This document shows, in pieces, positions 50,783 to 64,000 of a stretch of 64,000 nucleotides of DNA. Origin of the DNA: Thalia democratica (lineage: Eukaryota); assembly GCA_965202585.1 (NCBI GenBank), contig OZ241826.1:71610001-71674000 (forward strand), in the 5' to 3' direction. Both the position numbers and the translations under genes were made by a program. The first letter of the stretch is position 1. Every line of letters begins with the position of its first letter. Under the pieces are notes generated by a model. That model saw only the letters and a program-made list of their open reading frames with translations, did not search any database and was not told the DNA's origin.

Positions 50783-53700
50783 ATGAAATCATTTAATAAG
50801 GCGAAATCACGTTACAAATGTTTTGCTTTACATTTGGTTAGTGAAAAAAGATTAGTTTTACTTGTTTTCGCTTGTACAAAACACCAATTAAATTTTTCTT
50901 TAAAGTATTAGAACTTCTGTTTTAATCTTATGACTTGTGGTTAAATAGTAATAAAAGTTGACCAGTAAACATTTTCAATAGTCACTATTTTGTTTTGTTA
51001 ATTTTATATTATGTATTTGAAGTATAATTTAGTTTTTATCTATTTTTTTGTTAATTTAAAGTTTTAAATAGTTTGAAAAATAATGTTATTTATACACAGC
51101 CCTTTAAAAAACAATAAATTGCGTCATACCAAAAAGTTAAATATGAATGTAAAACTGTTTTAAATGTATCTAACAAGTAAGGCGGTTTACAGTAGATTGA
51201 TTTTTATTTCAAATAAAACTCAGGTAGAAGATAGTTGAAATAAGTTTGAACTTGTAAACCAAAACTTTTAAACTGCCTTATTTTAAAGCAAAAACTAAAC
51301 TTGAATAACATTATTAACAATGTTAACTTTAGTAAAGTGATATAACAGCTAATTTGAACAAAGCTAAGTTATGCAATACTTAAGTTTTGATGAATTAAAG
51401 TTTTATGCTTTTGAATAAACTTATAGTTTTTTTTTTATTTCCCCAATATCTGCCTAAAACTAACTGTTCGTCAAACTAAAAACTTAAACTGCGCCAAAAA
51501 TTGCGATTACGTTTGTATTGCATTGTGTCTTTGACATAATTTTACTTGTAAACTAGCTTTAACTTACTTAAAGTAAAAATGAAAAAATAAGTGTTGCTGA
51601 AGTTTCTTTTACAACTATTACTACTTTTAAATATTATAATAAATATATGTACATATTAAACTACTAAAAAAGATATAAGTTATATTATTATATTTGAAAC
51701 TAAATAGTTATAAATAAATTTCAATAGAAATTATTATCCGCTTCTTGTTTAGCGCCAATTTTAAAAACTTTCTAAAAATTAAACAGGTATTAAATCGATT
51801 TTGATTATTAAAATTACTGTTTACATATTAAGACTTTGGTAGTTGAAATTTATAAAAAAAGTTGCTATCAAAAGATAAAAATGTTACATTGCTTACATTG
51901 AATTTTTTTGTCAAAATCATTTTTACGTAAGATCAAAGTTATTTGATCTTTTTGATTTTTATTATTTACTTAACAATTAATTTACCAAAAGCTTATTTGT
52001 GTATTTAAACAGTATTATCCAACAAATAAAAAGCTTTTATAACGAAAGTGACTAGTTTAAGTAAATAGTATTTTTAAAACTATTTAGGTATTGTATCTTC
52101 AACTAAAAATAAGATACATATTTTATTAACCTATATAATGACGATCTGAGGCAATTTATGTTACATAACATAGTTTACAACAGTATTAAAATACAACTTA
52201 AAGTTACTACCGTTTAAGTAGGTTATACAGAAAAATAATAATAAAAACTACTTAAACGTTGAAAAATGATAAAAATCTTAGTAAACAAATGTATTAGTAA
52301 GTAAACAAAAACCCATTAGGAAAGAGTTCATAACGAAAATGTAAAAACTGTGCCTATAAAATAAAATGCTGTTTATAATTTTTTAATAAAAAATAGTAAT
52401 ATACTTTATTAATTTAAACAATGGATTACTATTTGTCTACATTGAATCAGATTAATAAGTTTATATTTCACTTATTATAAATAATTTGAATATAATTTCA
52501 AAACAAGTTATGATATAATAAATTTGTAAAAAGGTTTAATCAACACAAAAAGTCATACTTTAACACTAAAGTTTTGCAAAACCGCAAAGTTAATTATCTT
52601 TCATAAAACTTTACAGCTTTACTGTATCATCAATTGGAATATTAATTAACAAAAATCTTTTGTTTACACTCACATACGCGTAAATAATAACTCGCATTCT
52701 TTTATTAAGCTTACCTTCATATACACCCTCAGGTTTTGTTGCTGTTATCAGCGGACGGCGCGCTAAACCTTGGTTGCGTTCCAATGTGCCGATGCAAGTT
52801 AGAAGAAAATCAATTAGCAGTCAACTGCTCCGCAGCCGGATACGAGCGCGTTCCAGCGCAGCCAGAAGAAATAAAAACAAAAGTGATTGTAACTATTGTT
52901 TTTTATTGTTTACTAAACGTATAAACGGTAATTTTTAATAAGAGAAATATTTTGAATGCTTTTGAATTGGCAATTTGACTAGAAAAGTTTCTCTGTGCGG
53001 TGTAGAGTTTCTTTTGTAATACAAAAGATGAAAAACATTTCTGTAAACTTTTCAAATGGTTCTATAAATAGGTATAAGGTAGTCATTTATTTTAATTCAC
53101 GATTTTCTCAACTTTAACAATTGAACAGTTAATTTACGCTAAATTTTAATTTTATATATGAAGAATTTTTGTGTTGTTCATCAAATTCTCTATTAACTTT
53201 TACAATGTTCAAACGGCTCCACACTGCGTTCTCATTTAAACTCTACGAATTACTTTTATAGATGTAGTATAAGCAAAGAGCAGTGAACAAATAATCAATA
53301 ATGCATGGAAATTTTTTCCTTTGTTGTAAGATTTAAGTTTATTTGCAAAGTTATAAAACTAAGCCCCGAACTTGAATTGAAATTTACAGCACGAAGCATC
53401 AAATTTCAAACGAAACATATTCCGGCTCGATATTTTTAGTTTTCGCTTCAATAAATTAGATTAGTTAACAAAAGAATTTATTGTAAAAAAATAGAAAGAT
53501 AAAAGTACTGCATTATCCTATAATTGCCCCTATTCAGTTAAAACGTTCGAATGACATTGTTTTTAGCGTAAAACGGTCGGAAAATACCGTAGATTTTAAA
53601 TAATCATGTTTCATTTACGGATGATAATTTTATTGATATAAAATTTAACGAAACGCTGTTTTTGATTTATACCTCTCTTTTGTATTGCTTTTATAAAAAA

Positions 53701-56700
53701 CGGTAAAACTTTTACTGCAGTAAAAATTCAAGGCATACTTTATGATAAATAACTTTTTTAACATAATTTGTTACCGTTGTTATTAAGTATAAAGTGTTCT
53801 TTAAGTCTGGGTTGATAAAGTAGCTTTTTTTTTGCAAACCTTGTAAAATACAGTTTTTATTGTGCTAGTTATTGAAATTTTTCACGTAATACGTCTATTG
53901 TGTTTACATCATAGTAAAAAAAAGTAAATTGATCAAACTTAAATGTTATGTTGAATTATAAATTAGGTATGTACTTTATAATATATGTAGTTTAAACGAT
54001 TAAGAACAAAAAACAGGCGGTGCTTTATTGAATAGGAATTTTGTCATATAAAATTTACTAGTGTGAATAATTAATATACAACTGTGGCTGGTCGTAAATA
54101 AATTAAACTTCAACTTATCACTGGTAGTAAAAAAAATAGTCTTTTTTACGTTTTTCATTATTTATAAACATCTACTTTTTAAAAGACTTTAGCACATCAT
54201 AAAAAAGTAATAAATTAAGAATTATTGACTTTTTTAAATTATGTAGTGTAGTAATCGAGTTTAATTACACTCATTAAATTTAAGTTTGAAAAACTTTTAG
54301 CCAAATCCTTTTTTAATTAAAAAACTTCTAGGTAAACAAACTAGTTTTGGATGACAATAAAATAACACATATTGCAAAGTATGATTTTGAAGGATATGAC
54401 TCACTTGTAGAATTAAGCTTAAAAAACAATGGGCTACGAAGTATTGAAATTGGTTCTTTTATGCATTTTTTAAAGTTAGTTTTGAGTTTTATACTTTTTT
54501 TGTTGTCATATATATTTTCCAAGTCATGTAATTATAAAGTAAAGTTTAGTTGTTTTATTATAATATTTTTTTCATTTATCATATCCTTTTTATCTTACCG
54601 TGAACTTAAAAACTTCATTACATTATTTTTAATTAAAAAACTTTAATTAAAATATGTACATGAAACAATGTTTACGTGCTTTTTGAAACCAAACAAACTT
54701 ATTTACTGTGACCTTTATGTAAAAAAGTTAAAGATTAACTCGAGTTTTTAATCATGCGAATTCTTAGAGTTCAAGTATGTCATCGTCTACGTCTTGTTAC
54801 TCAACTTTAAAATATTTGCGACAACTATGGTAAAAATCCGAACATAAATAATTTTTCAATCTCGTGAATTTTATTATTGTTCGTTCACATTAGACAGGGA
54901 AGCTTGACTACGCTAGACTTGTCAGGAAACTACTTAACATCCTTCGATGAAGTGGACCGCGTCAAAACATCACTCGAGTATTTGTCGCTCGCATACAACC
55001 AGATTCGTCACATACCCGAAGGACTGCACGAAGCAAAAAACCTTCAGGTGATTGATCTCAGCCACAACGAATTGCAGATTATTCCGTCAAGTATGTTGAA
55101 GCTTTGTTCGTGAGGAAGTAGCGAAAAGTTTTAAAGTTATGCTTAAATTGTTCATACTTGTTTACTTTCAAATACTTGTCATAAACAAACTCAAAACGTT
55201 AATTAGCGTGACTGCATTGCATCACGTGATGCCGCAATTTGAAAAGTATTTAAATTGCGAAGGAAGTTTTTATCTTGAATTAAACAAGCTTAATCGACTT
55301 GGTAATTGAAAACGCTTCTTTGTTAATAGTTTCTTTTTTAGTAAAAAAATACTTTAAACTAAAAGTACATGAGAACCGAAGCGGACGCTCGCATTGATTT
55401 CTAAGATAACATTAGTCTCTCAAGTCTCAAACGCCGCCGCAATTATAAATCGATTATAAACAAAATTAAAAAGCCAACTCTAATAAGTTTCGATAACAAT
55501 AAAAGTTGATGAAGCAGAGCAAAACTGGTAAATAGATGTGGGTCAGCGCTAGATTAGCTCGTACAAGCTTATTTAGATAATTCCCATTTAAACAAACACT
55601 TTTGTTTGCTTAATTCAATCACTAAAGAGATTACGTCGTAAATAGAATGCAGTCCTTTATCTAGAAAGACATTAGTTGATACATTGTTTGGCATAGAGCT
55701 TTTGCTTGAGTTTGCTGCTAAAGTTTGCTTTTAAACCGCTAAATGATTCGGTACTTTGAAGATAATTTTAAAAGTAAACCTGCTTTAGTTTTATATTAGT
55801 TTTTTTTTCAATACTATTGTTATTAATGAAGTAATAAAAACCATGTGAGTAATAAAAATAGTTAACTATTTGTTTTGTAAATTTCAAATTCAAATAGATC
55901 TAAAACTTCAATAAGGTTTTAAAATTCTTGCTTCAACTAATCAAAGGTTTTAAGTTCACTTCATGACTTATAAATAGTTTTGTCAACCATTTAAAGTAAT
56001 ATGTTTTTATTAAACTGTCAATTAAACTATTAAATATCCTGTCAGCATTTTTTTAAGCTACAGTTTTAAGTTATTTTAAAATAATGACATATGCTAAATA
56101 AAAAGTGTTTTATTTGAGTTTCCGAAAATTCTTTTGCAAAATCATTATTCAAAGAAATCTTTGTTACTTATAACAGGAAGTTTTAGTATGATTACGATAC
56201 CAAATCTAAACTGATTTAATTTAGCCTAATTTACTTCTATATTAGCAAAAATAATCATAAATAAAAGTTTAAATCGAGTACCATCATTCAACTAAAAAGT
56301 ATGCTGTTAAATTTCATACATCTAAATTAATAAATTGGTAGACACACCTCTAAATAAGTTTTATAAACAAATTTATCAACAGCTTTAATACATTTTAATT
56401 TATTTTGGTCTAATTTATTAACTTATCGTTTTTACTTTAAAAAATACTTTTAAGCGGAAACAAAAATTGAGTTAGGATTTCTTATACATTTCTAAGTGTA
56501 ACAACTAATTGTATTAAGATAAGTCTAATACAAAGTCTATATATAACTAAAAAAATTAATACCACTTCTCAAAGTCTTACAAATAATCTTAAAATATTTT
56601 TTTATATATAAATACTTGTACTCTGTTTTATCCTTTATTAAGAACTTAAGGGTTGATATTTAAAAAGTATTTTTACTCTAACTATACTTGCTTATAGTAA

Positions 56701-59700
56701 TTTAAACACATTGCTATAAACATAATCTAATTTTAATAGCCAAATCTAGAAAAGTAACTTTTTAATGTTGACAGGTTAATTAAGTGCGTGTATGTTTATC
56801 TTAAAAATTTTGAAACACGATTTTAAACTATGTCCAACTCTGAAAGTTTTATGAATTTTACGGGTTTTAATAGGCGTTTTTTTAGATTAAACAGTGAACT
56901 TTTGAAGCTTTTCTATCTAAAAAACTAAACTTAAACTTGCATTTTTCAATAGACAGAAGTAATAAACTAATTAATAATTTGCACCACAAATACATAATAA
57001 TTACATTGCGGTGGCCTGTTCTAATTGACAATGCAATAGATATGCCAAACTGCTGGCGTTATCAACGAAAACGATTAGTGTTGATATTAGCAGGCGATAA
57101 TTGATGAGGTAGTGTGCAAAACATAAAACAATGTCTTTTGAGTACATTTCAAAAACTTTAATACCGCACAGCTTACATTTCGTTTTACCCTTTTCTTTCG
57201 AGTGAAGCTCACACTAATACTATAATACCTCCAACAAATGCTTGAAAATTTTTAATTTTCTTTTTAACTTTCAGATTTTTTACCACCATCGTTACTTGTT
57301 GTAAATCTTTCGTTCAACGCATTTAAGAAGATTGACAACTTGGCGTTTGGAAACAATGAAAAATTGCGAGTGCTTAACGTGAGTAATAACCTTGCAACAA
57401 GTTCGGAGTCTATTTTCGACGATCGAACTTTTAAGCCGATGGTTAATCTGAGAAACCTCGACTTATCAAACACCTACTGCGGGTCCATTCCCAGGAACGC
57501 GTTTTCATTTTCAAAAAAGCTGCAAAAGTTAAACTTGAGGAACACGTACCTCAGAAAGCTTCCTTTGTTTAAAGCAGCTAGCAAGCAAACTTTTTCTAGT
57601 TTAGAAAACGCCAGCATCGGAATCGAAAACGAAACTTTAACGCGAGCCGAGTGGAATAACCCGGTCTTAAAAGTCTTGATCTTGTCAAACAATAGACGCT
57701 TGAAGCTCAAACAAACTTTGTCCGAAGTTTCGTTTCCGCCGAGCTTAGTTCACTTGGACTTGAGCGGAGTTCAGTTTCAAACAATTAACTCAAAAGTTTT
57801 CTCCAATTTGAACAACTTGGAAGTTTTACGCTTGAACAAGTGCTACATAACCTCGATAACATCGAATGCGTTATCTGGTTTGGACAGTTTGGTGGAGTTT
57901 TCCGCTTTCACCAACGGGCTGAGAAAAGTACCGGGCCTGCCGAAAAACTTAAGAGCTTTGAATTTGTCAAACCACAGAATAACGACCTTAACAAATAGCT
58001 CAATTAAACCTGGCATTTCAGACCTCAGCAAACTTACGTCAATCGATCTGAGTTTGGGAACAATTAAAGAAATATATGATTCAACTTTCTCTGAAATGTC
58101 AAAGCTTGAAACATTGAATTTGTCGACGAACCATATTTGTACCATAACAAAAACGACGTTTAAAATAAAGTGAGTTTTTATATAAACTTTTTGCGTAATG
58201 TAAAAAAGTCCTAAAATTTAAAGCTCTATTGTTTTGCTTAATTCTTAAATGTTATGAATTAAAATTAAAACTTAAAATTTATAGGTTTTTCAATGTAAAC
58301 TAAATCTTTCAATCAAATTTAGTTTTAGTTTCGTTGTTTAAAAAATATTACACGTATTGAAGCTTTAAAAGTTTAGATTTTTGTAAATGCAATGCTTTTA
58401 ATTTTTATCAATACAAAACCATACTATTATATGAGTAAAGCAATTAAAGCACTTAGAGGTAATTAAAGATGGTTTTATAGACAAAAAAGTAATTTTTATG
58501 TAGTAAACAAAGGAAATTATAGTTTATTTTACAAAATTTAAGTTTTGTAGCAAACAAAATATAGACGAGTACTTTTTTGAATTAACTTACTAATTAAAGT
58601 TTTTAAAATGTTCGTAACAATTTTATTCATTTAACAGTATTATTTTAAACTTCAACTTTTAATTTTACTATATTAAGTCTAAAATAAGTAAATGAAAGTA
58701 CCTTTTTAAGTATATATATGATCTGTTTTGATGTTTAAATTTAAATCTGTTATGATGAACCCGGTTTACCCAACTTAAAACCAATTAAGTCTTTTTGAAG
58801 CTATTTTTCACGTTGACCAGTCAAACTTAAAATTGAAAAGCATACTTTCACACATCTTTTACTTCCACGCACAGCAATCAATCAAACTTAAAGTCGCTGG
58901 ATCTGTCGAGCAACAGGATAAAAAAGCTGCAAGCCCATCCGTTCAGCGGCCACGGAAAGCTCACCCAGTTGCACCTGGAAGGCAACAGAATTGCAAACAT
59001 CGACGACACGACGCTACACGGCTTAGAAGGTCTTCTGCGGCTCGACGTGTCCGACAACAACTTGAAGAAAGTGACACTTGGAGCGTTCGAAAGCCTGTGC
59101 AATCTGCAAGTGAGAGAGATTTGTTGTATTATGTTGAATTGGCGCGTGCGTGCTGTGTATACAGACCAATACACCGTTTTCAGTCGTAAGAAGATTTGCT
59201 TGACGTTAATGACAATAACTTTTTTGCCAGGTCGAAACAGCTTAATCGTTTTAAAAGCCTATAACAACACAAAGTTGTATTGTGCAAATTAAATTTTCCT
59301 TATTAAAAAAGCTTTTACAGCATTTTTTATTTATTTACTTTTTTATTGTGATTCCGACCACTTTAAATCATTTTATTGTATACCGCGCAAACCTATTATG
59401 TAAGTCAAGTCATACAAGTAGTACTTGTCAAGATGTATGCGAAAAATAACATTAAAGGCTTGATTTTATGCTATTAAGTATTTATTTTGACTCATACACT
59501 TGAACGCTTTCACTTTTTATTTGATATCTATGACGTAAAAACAAAGCAGTATGTGTATAATAATCGTAACGAATTAAAGTGATGTATACTTGTTGAAATA
59601 AGAGTGTATAACTTTTTAGTGATTTATTTCAACATACGTTTTTCACTTTTTAACCAAGTTCAAATGTATAGCTATTCAGGATAGATTTGAAAACAAAATT

Positions 59701-62126
59701 ATTAATTGTAGTATAGTCAATAAATGAAAAATAAAGGTAATCATTAAATTTATTCAACTTCGACAATTTAAAGATTGATAATTACAAGCTGTTTAATTTT
59801 TCTTTTTATAATTTGCGTTTAACAGACCTTTTCCAAACTGTATAAGAGCCCAATCACGTAAAATTAATAAAAAATTACTTCTAACGTCATGAAAACAAAA
59901 ACAAATGCGAAAACTTTTAAAGAAATTCTAAATATACAAAAAAATATTTTCAGGTGCTTTTTTTGAACAATAACAAAATTAAATTCATCACAAAAAAACA
60001 TTTTACTTCTATGGCAAATCTTCGCAACATCGAGCTTTACAATAACATGTTGGAAAAATTTGAGCCTGAAAGACCATTAAATCATTTGGCTAATCTAGAT
60101 TTGAGCCAAAACAGAATTGTTAAAATGCCGAATCTAGAGGCACCCAGTTTAAAAAGATTAATCCTCAAGAACAACTCCTTAACGGTGAGTTTGAATTAGA
60201 GTATTTCCTAACAACGTACACAAGTTTTTAATAAAGACTATTTACACATGTATATATACATAGAAAATCACTTCTCAAATGTTTTTTGGAACGAGAGCTT
60301 TGAAGTACTTGGACCTAAGTGAAAACAATAAGCTGAAAATAAAAAGTTTTAACGTGTTTAAACCACTGAAGTATCTTGAATATTTAGACACGTCGAATAT
60401 AAGAAAATTATCTGGTTTTGTAACCTTTGAGATGCCTCATTTGAAAAAACTTAAAGTTGAGGAAACACAGGTTAGTATATTATAATTTATTTTTAAACTG
60501 TAAACACTTGCAAAAAACAAGTTTAAATCAACTCGAATGTTTTGAAATTTTTTATAGTTAAGTACTGATAATCAAGTTAGTGTATTTGTATAAAATTACT
60601 AGAAAAAAAGTTCAATAGAGTTACTCACTTAAAAGATATATTTTTAAATAAATAAAACATAATATGTTGTTTATTGAAAGATAAAAAAAAAATGCTCAAA
60701 AAGTTTGATCTAAGGACCTGGTGTACGAAAAAATCTTTCGGTTATCGAGTCATATAGTCTAAGTTTATTTTAGTAAACAAAATTAATGAAACTTTGCTAT
60801 CAAAATAAAGTTTGTTTGAATATTTTAATTCCTGATACTTTAAAATTTATAATTAAAAATGATACTTATCCTGTTAAAAAACTCTAAAGTCAAAACTTAG
60901 GAATGAAAATTAATTTTGATCATTGAACAACAAATTTTCTTATCAACATTCAGTTTTAATGAAAAAACTTTATTTATGCAAAAAGTATGCGGATTTAAAA
61001 TTGCTTTAAATTATCAGTATATATGAGTTTACTAATTAAAAACTGAAGAAAAAAATATGTAAGTCTGATTTTCATTATCCTTAATCACTAGATTGATCTA
61101 GTACTACGTAAGTTGTTTAAATATTTATTCGTCAAAGTAAAAAGCTACAGTATGGCATCTTTTTAAAGAGACTAGCGTTTTACAAAAAAATAAGTTGTTC
61201 TATTTTTGCTGTGTAACTAAAAGTATATTTAGTAATAAACTTTTTAAAATTTTTAAACTACGTTTTTCAGACGCATAATCTTCTTTTTTACAATTTTTTA
61301 AAAATTGTGCTAATAAATAGTTTTGAATTAAGTTTTACAACACTAATTAACTATTAATTTTTATCGAAAACAGATTGATGACCGTTTGATTTACAGTGCA
61401 AAACTCAAAGATCTTTTACCAAATCTTGAAGTACTAAGTTTGTTATACAACCAAATCACCATTATCAAGCCTCATTTTTGGAACAACCTGCCAAAGAGTA
61501 TCGAAACAGTTGCACTCGGTTGGAATCATTTCGACTGCAGTTGCGAAATTGCTCCGTTTGTCAATTGGATATATAGTGGAGACCAACTAACATACGCTTT
61601 TATTTCCAATGATCAATACCTTTGCGTCGGAAAACACTTCGGATTTTCGATGTTTGAAGTTTTTGCCGATCTGAACTGCACGACGGAAAGCACTACGACT
61701 TTTCCGTCACCTTCAAAGGGTCCTCCCTTCGTATCCTCGACAAGCGCTTCGAATGTAACAAGCAGTAAAGTTGCTATGAGCCTCACAACCCACGCAACAG
61801 CAACGATCACTACGAAACCTAGGAGCGCTTTCGACAGCGGTAACGTCTATCTCATCGGAATAATTTTGCTTTCTCTTTCACTTACAGTTCTACTCGTTTT
61901 GCTGATACACCGTTTTTACAAGACCCGAGCTGCACAATCATCACCGGCTGTCGACGCCAAGTTGCCAAAGGAAAACTTCGAGCTAGAAAAGCTCAACCCT
62001 CTGAAACAAGCTTCTTCTTCTGATGAAAGCATCACTATAACTTCAACGAGCGACGGCAATGACTCAGGCAATGCTAATTTTATTGAAGTGAGTGTCAACA
62101 AACAACGTAGCTTACTTGTTTCGTGA
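50783..62126 (+). CDS. Type I membrane leucine-rich-repeat protein (Toll-like ectodomain, no TIR), about 954 aa. Exons: join(50783..50836,52733..52882,54332..54474,54894..55090,57275..58169,58875..59109,59954..60184,60264..60470,61374..62126)
   Basis: Signal peptide MKSFNKAKSRYKCFALHL|VLLLLSADGA, LRRNT (CVPMCRC...VNCS), more than 20 LxxLxLxxNxL repeats, LRRCT (WNHFDCSC...YLC...LNC), Ser/Thr-rich stalk, TM (VYLIGIILLSLSLTVLLVLLI) and a tail of about 70 aa. Eight phase-consistent GT-AG introns. Confidence 0.9.
60665..60757 (+). repeat. Short dispersed repeat, copy C (3'-truncated), in the last LRR intron
   Basis: GGACCTGGTGTACGAAAAAATCTTTCGGTTATCGAGTC matches copy B. Confidence 0.7.
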
Positions 62127-63534
62127 AAAACTGTAAAGTTGCGTTGGTTACTTGTAGGCAATTAGTTTTATTATCTTTAGCATTGCTGGTCAATGAAAGT
62201 TCAAGTTTGTACACTACTCTAGCACATTGTTTGTTTTGTTAAGTACCTTTAGATTTTTAATTATTGTAGCACAAAAGTTAGTTGACTTAGTTGGAAAAGG
62301 TTTAAAACTTTAAAAAGCTCTAACGACAGTTTTGTAGTCTAAATTATAAATTCAAAGTACTATCTGCTCTTTATTTTTTACATAAGTTCGCTAAAAACTC
62401 AAACCTTTGCAAGAAAAGTTCTCAGCTATAAACAAAACACGCTTGTTATTTATCTAAAACTTATTAAGAAATAAAGATTTTAAGAAAGGATTACTACATT
62501 TCATTTTGTTCAAACTAAGTTATATTTTTACTTTATGAATTAAAAAATTTTAGGTTGCAGTATGTAAAAAAAAACAATAACTTTTCGTTGTTGTAAAAGT
62601 TCGAAAACTATTTGAAAAAAAAAAGTTGTTAGCTGTAAAATATTTTGCCGTTTTCATTTATTTTGTTCAAAAATTTATGTATGCACTTAATCAGGAAACT
62701 GTTTAGTATTTTAAGTTAATTTATTCGATTTTTAGTATTTATTTTCGTTTAAAAAAATTATCAATGTACATTTCAACTTCTTTATTTTTTTTTACTCAAA
62801 ACTGCCAAAACTGCTTATTCCATGAAATAAACTTTGCTGCTTGAACTAAAAGTTGTTGTTTTTTTAGAAGAAGTTTCGCATAGACTAAATATGTAAATTT
62901 AAAATAGCTAAAAGGTCAAGTATTATGTAATTTTAACTTGAAATTCTCCTGACACAATTTGTTTAAAAAAAAATCGTTCATTTTGCCTTAAGTGTAAACA
63001 TTTTATGCTAGTTTACATAACCAGCTAATCGAAATTTCAAATTTCTTCTTTATATAATATCAATGTTTTAAATTAAATCAAACTGTTTTAATAAAATGTC
63101 CATTGCGTAAGCTATCTTTTAATACTTGAGCATAAAGCATCAATTTTATTAAAGTTTTCATTAAAAGTTTAAATTAATAAGTTTCTGCGCAGCGGTAAGC
63201 AATTTGCAAACCACTCATCTATAAGATCAAAACTTTAATATAAGTCTTTAATGAATCGTTTTATATTTATTTTTTGTAATATACTTAAAGGACTAATCAA
63301 CCAACGCTCTCATAGATGATAAATATTAAAAATCGCGATTAATGAAAATAATTAAGTTTGATATATTGAAAAAAACACACTATAATATATTATTATCGCA
63401 CTGTAAGTTTAGTTGTTTGATTAAAGCTTTTTTATACTAAAATTTACTTTGAACACTTATATTGTATCAACACAAAGTTTTAGTATACATTTATGCATTA
63501 TAAGTGTATAAATTAAATATTAACAGTAGTCAAT

Positions 63535-63753
63535 ATGCGGCCAGCGAGGTACAATTAAGCTTAAAACAAGCGTTTTTGAAATAAAGTTTAAAGGTCTTTC
63601 TATTAAAAACTTACCATTACCTACTTTATCAAATTTTAGTTTAAAACAGTACTTTTGTATTGATTACAGTATACTTACTTTAAATAAATGCGGCCCTCGA
63701 TAACTTATGATCAAAAAATTGGCCAACGACTTATAAAATTCTGCTGACCCATG
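63535..63753. mobile_element. hAT/Charlie-like MITE right end
   Basis: Repeated ATGCGGCC(A/C) subterminal motifs and a TGCTGACCCATG terminus; the left end and TSD are not resolved. Confidence 0.4.
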
Positions 63754-64000
63754 GGCTAAAGCATCGATTCAAAAGTATTAACTAAAGGTATAGTTTCCAG
63801 TATTTACTCATATGTAGCAAAGTAGATAGATAAATGCTTAGAAAGTAATCCTAAAAAGCTATAATGGTTAAAATGTAAGGCTCATTTAATTGCAAAATTA
63901 CAAATTAGGGTCAACCAAGTTTGGTTTGAAAAATATAGGATAAACTTTGCCGGGAAACTAGATTAAGTAAACATTTTTTTATCTAAAAGTTTTGTTGACT

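Noticed and set aside
1-64000. tRNA, rRNA, snRNA, SL RNA genes and CRISPR arrays
   Set aside because: No cloverleaf with A/B boxes, no rRNA-like block and no regularly spaced repeat-spacer array was seen by eye; a covariance-model search was not possible.

Overview
Very AT-rich (about 20% GC outside exons) spliceosomal-intron animal DNA; the species cannot be named from sequence. I reconstructed four protein-coding genes by hand with phase-consistent GT-AG introns. On the minus strand: an 8-exon TBC1D23 (1509-11091, about 765 aa), an intronless ALG1 (12008-13411), and an 8-exon divergent lipoxygenase-like gene (21283-27235, about 487 aa) that the ORF track misses as a whole. It has a putative N-terminal membrane anchor instead of a PLAT domain and non-canonical iron-ligand motifs. 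On the plus strand: a 9-exon type I membrane LRR receptor without a TIR domain (50783-62126, about 954 aa). TBC1D23 intron 1 holds a decayed Penelope-like GIY-YIG endonuclease frame with an in-frame Asn-rich extension, followed by a hammerhead-ribozyme-like fold with a variant core. The window is rich in non-autonomous DNA transposons. These include a CAGGGTTGCCA-ended family that makes 6-bp target duplications (triple-nested at 412-1351), foldback elements with 8-bp TSDs, a TTAA Kolobok-like MITE and a TA Tc1/pogo-like MITE. About 23 kb (27.3-50.7 kb) has no recognisable coding exons, only a few GC-richer islands that may be regulatory. All gene models and RNA folds are by-eye and unverified by expression data.
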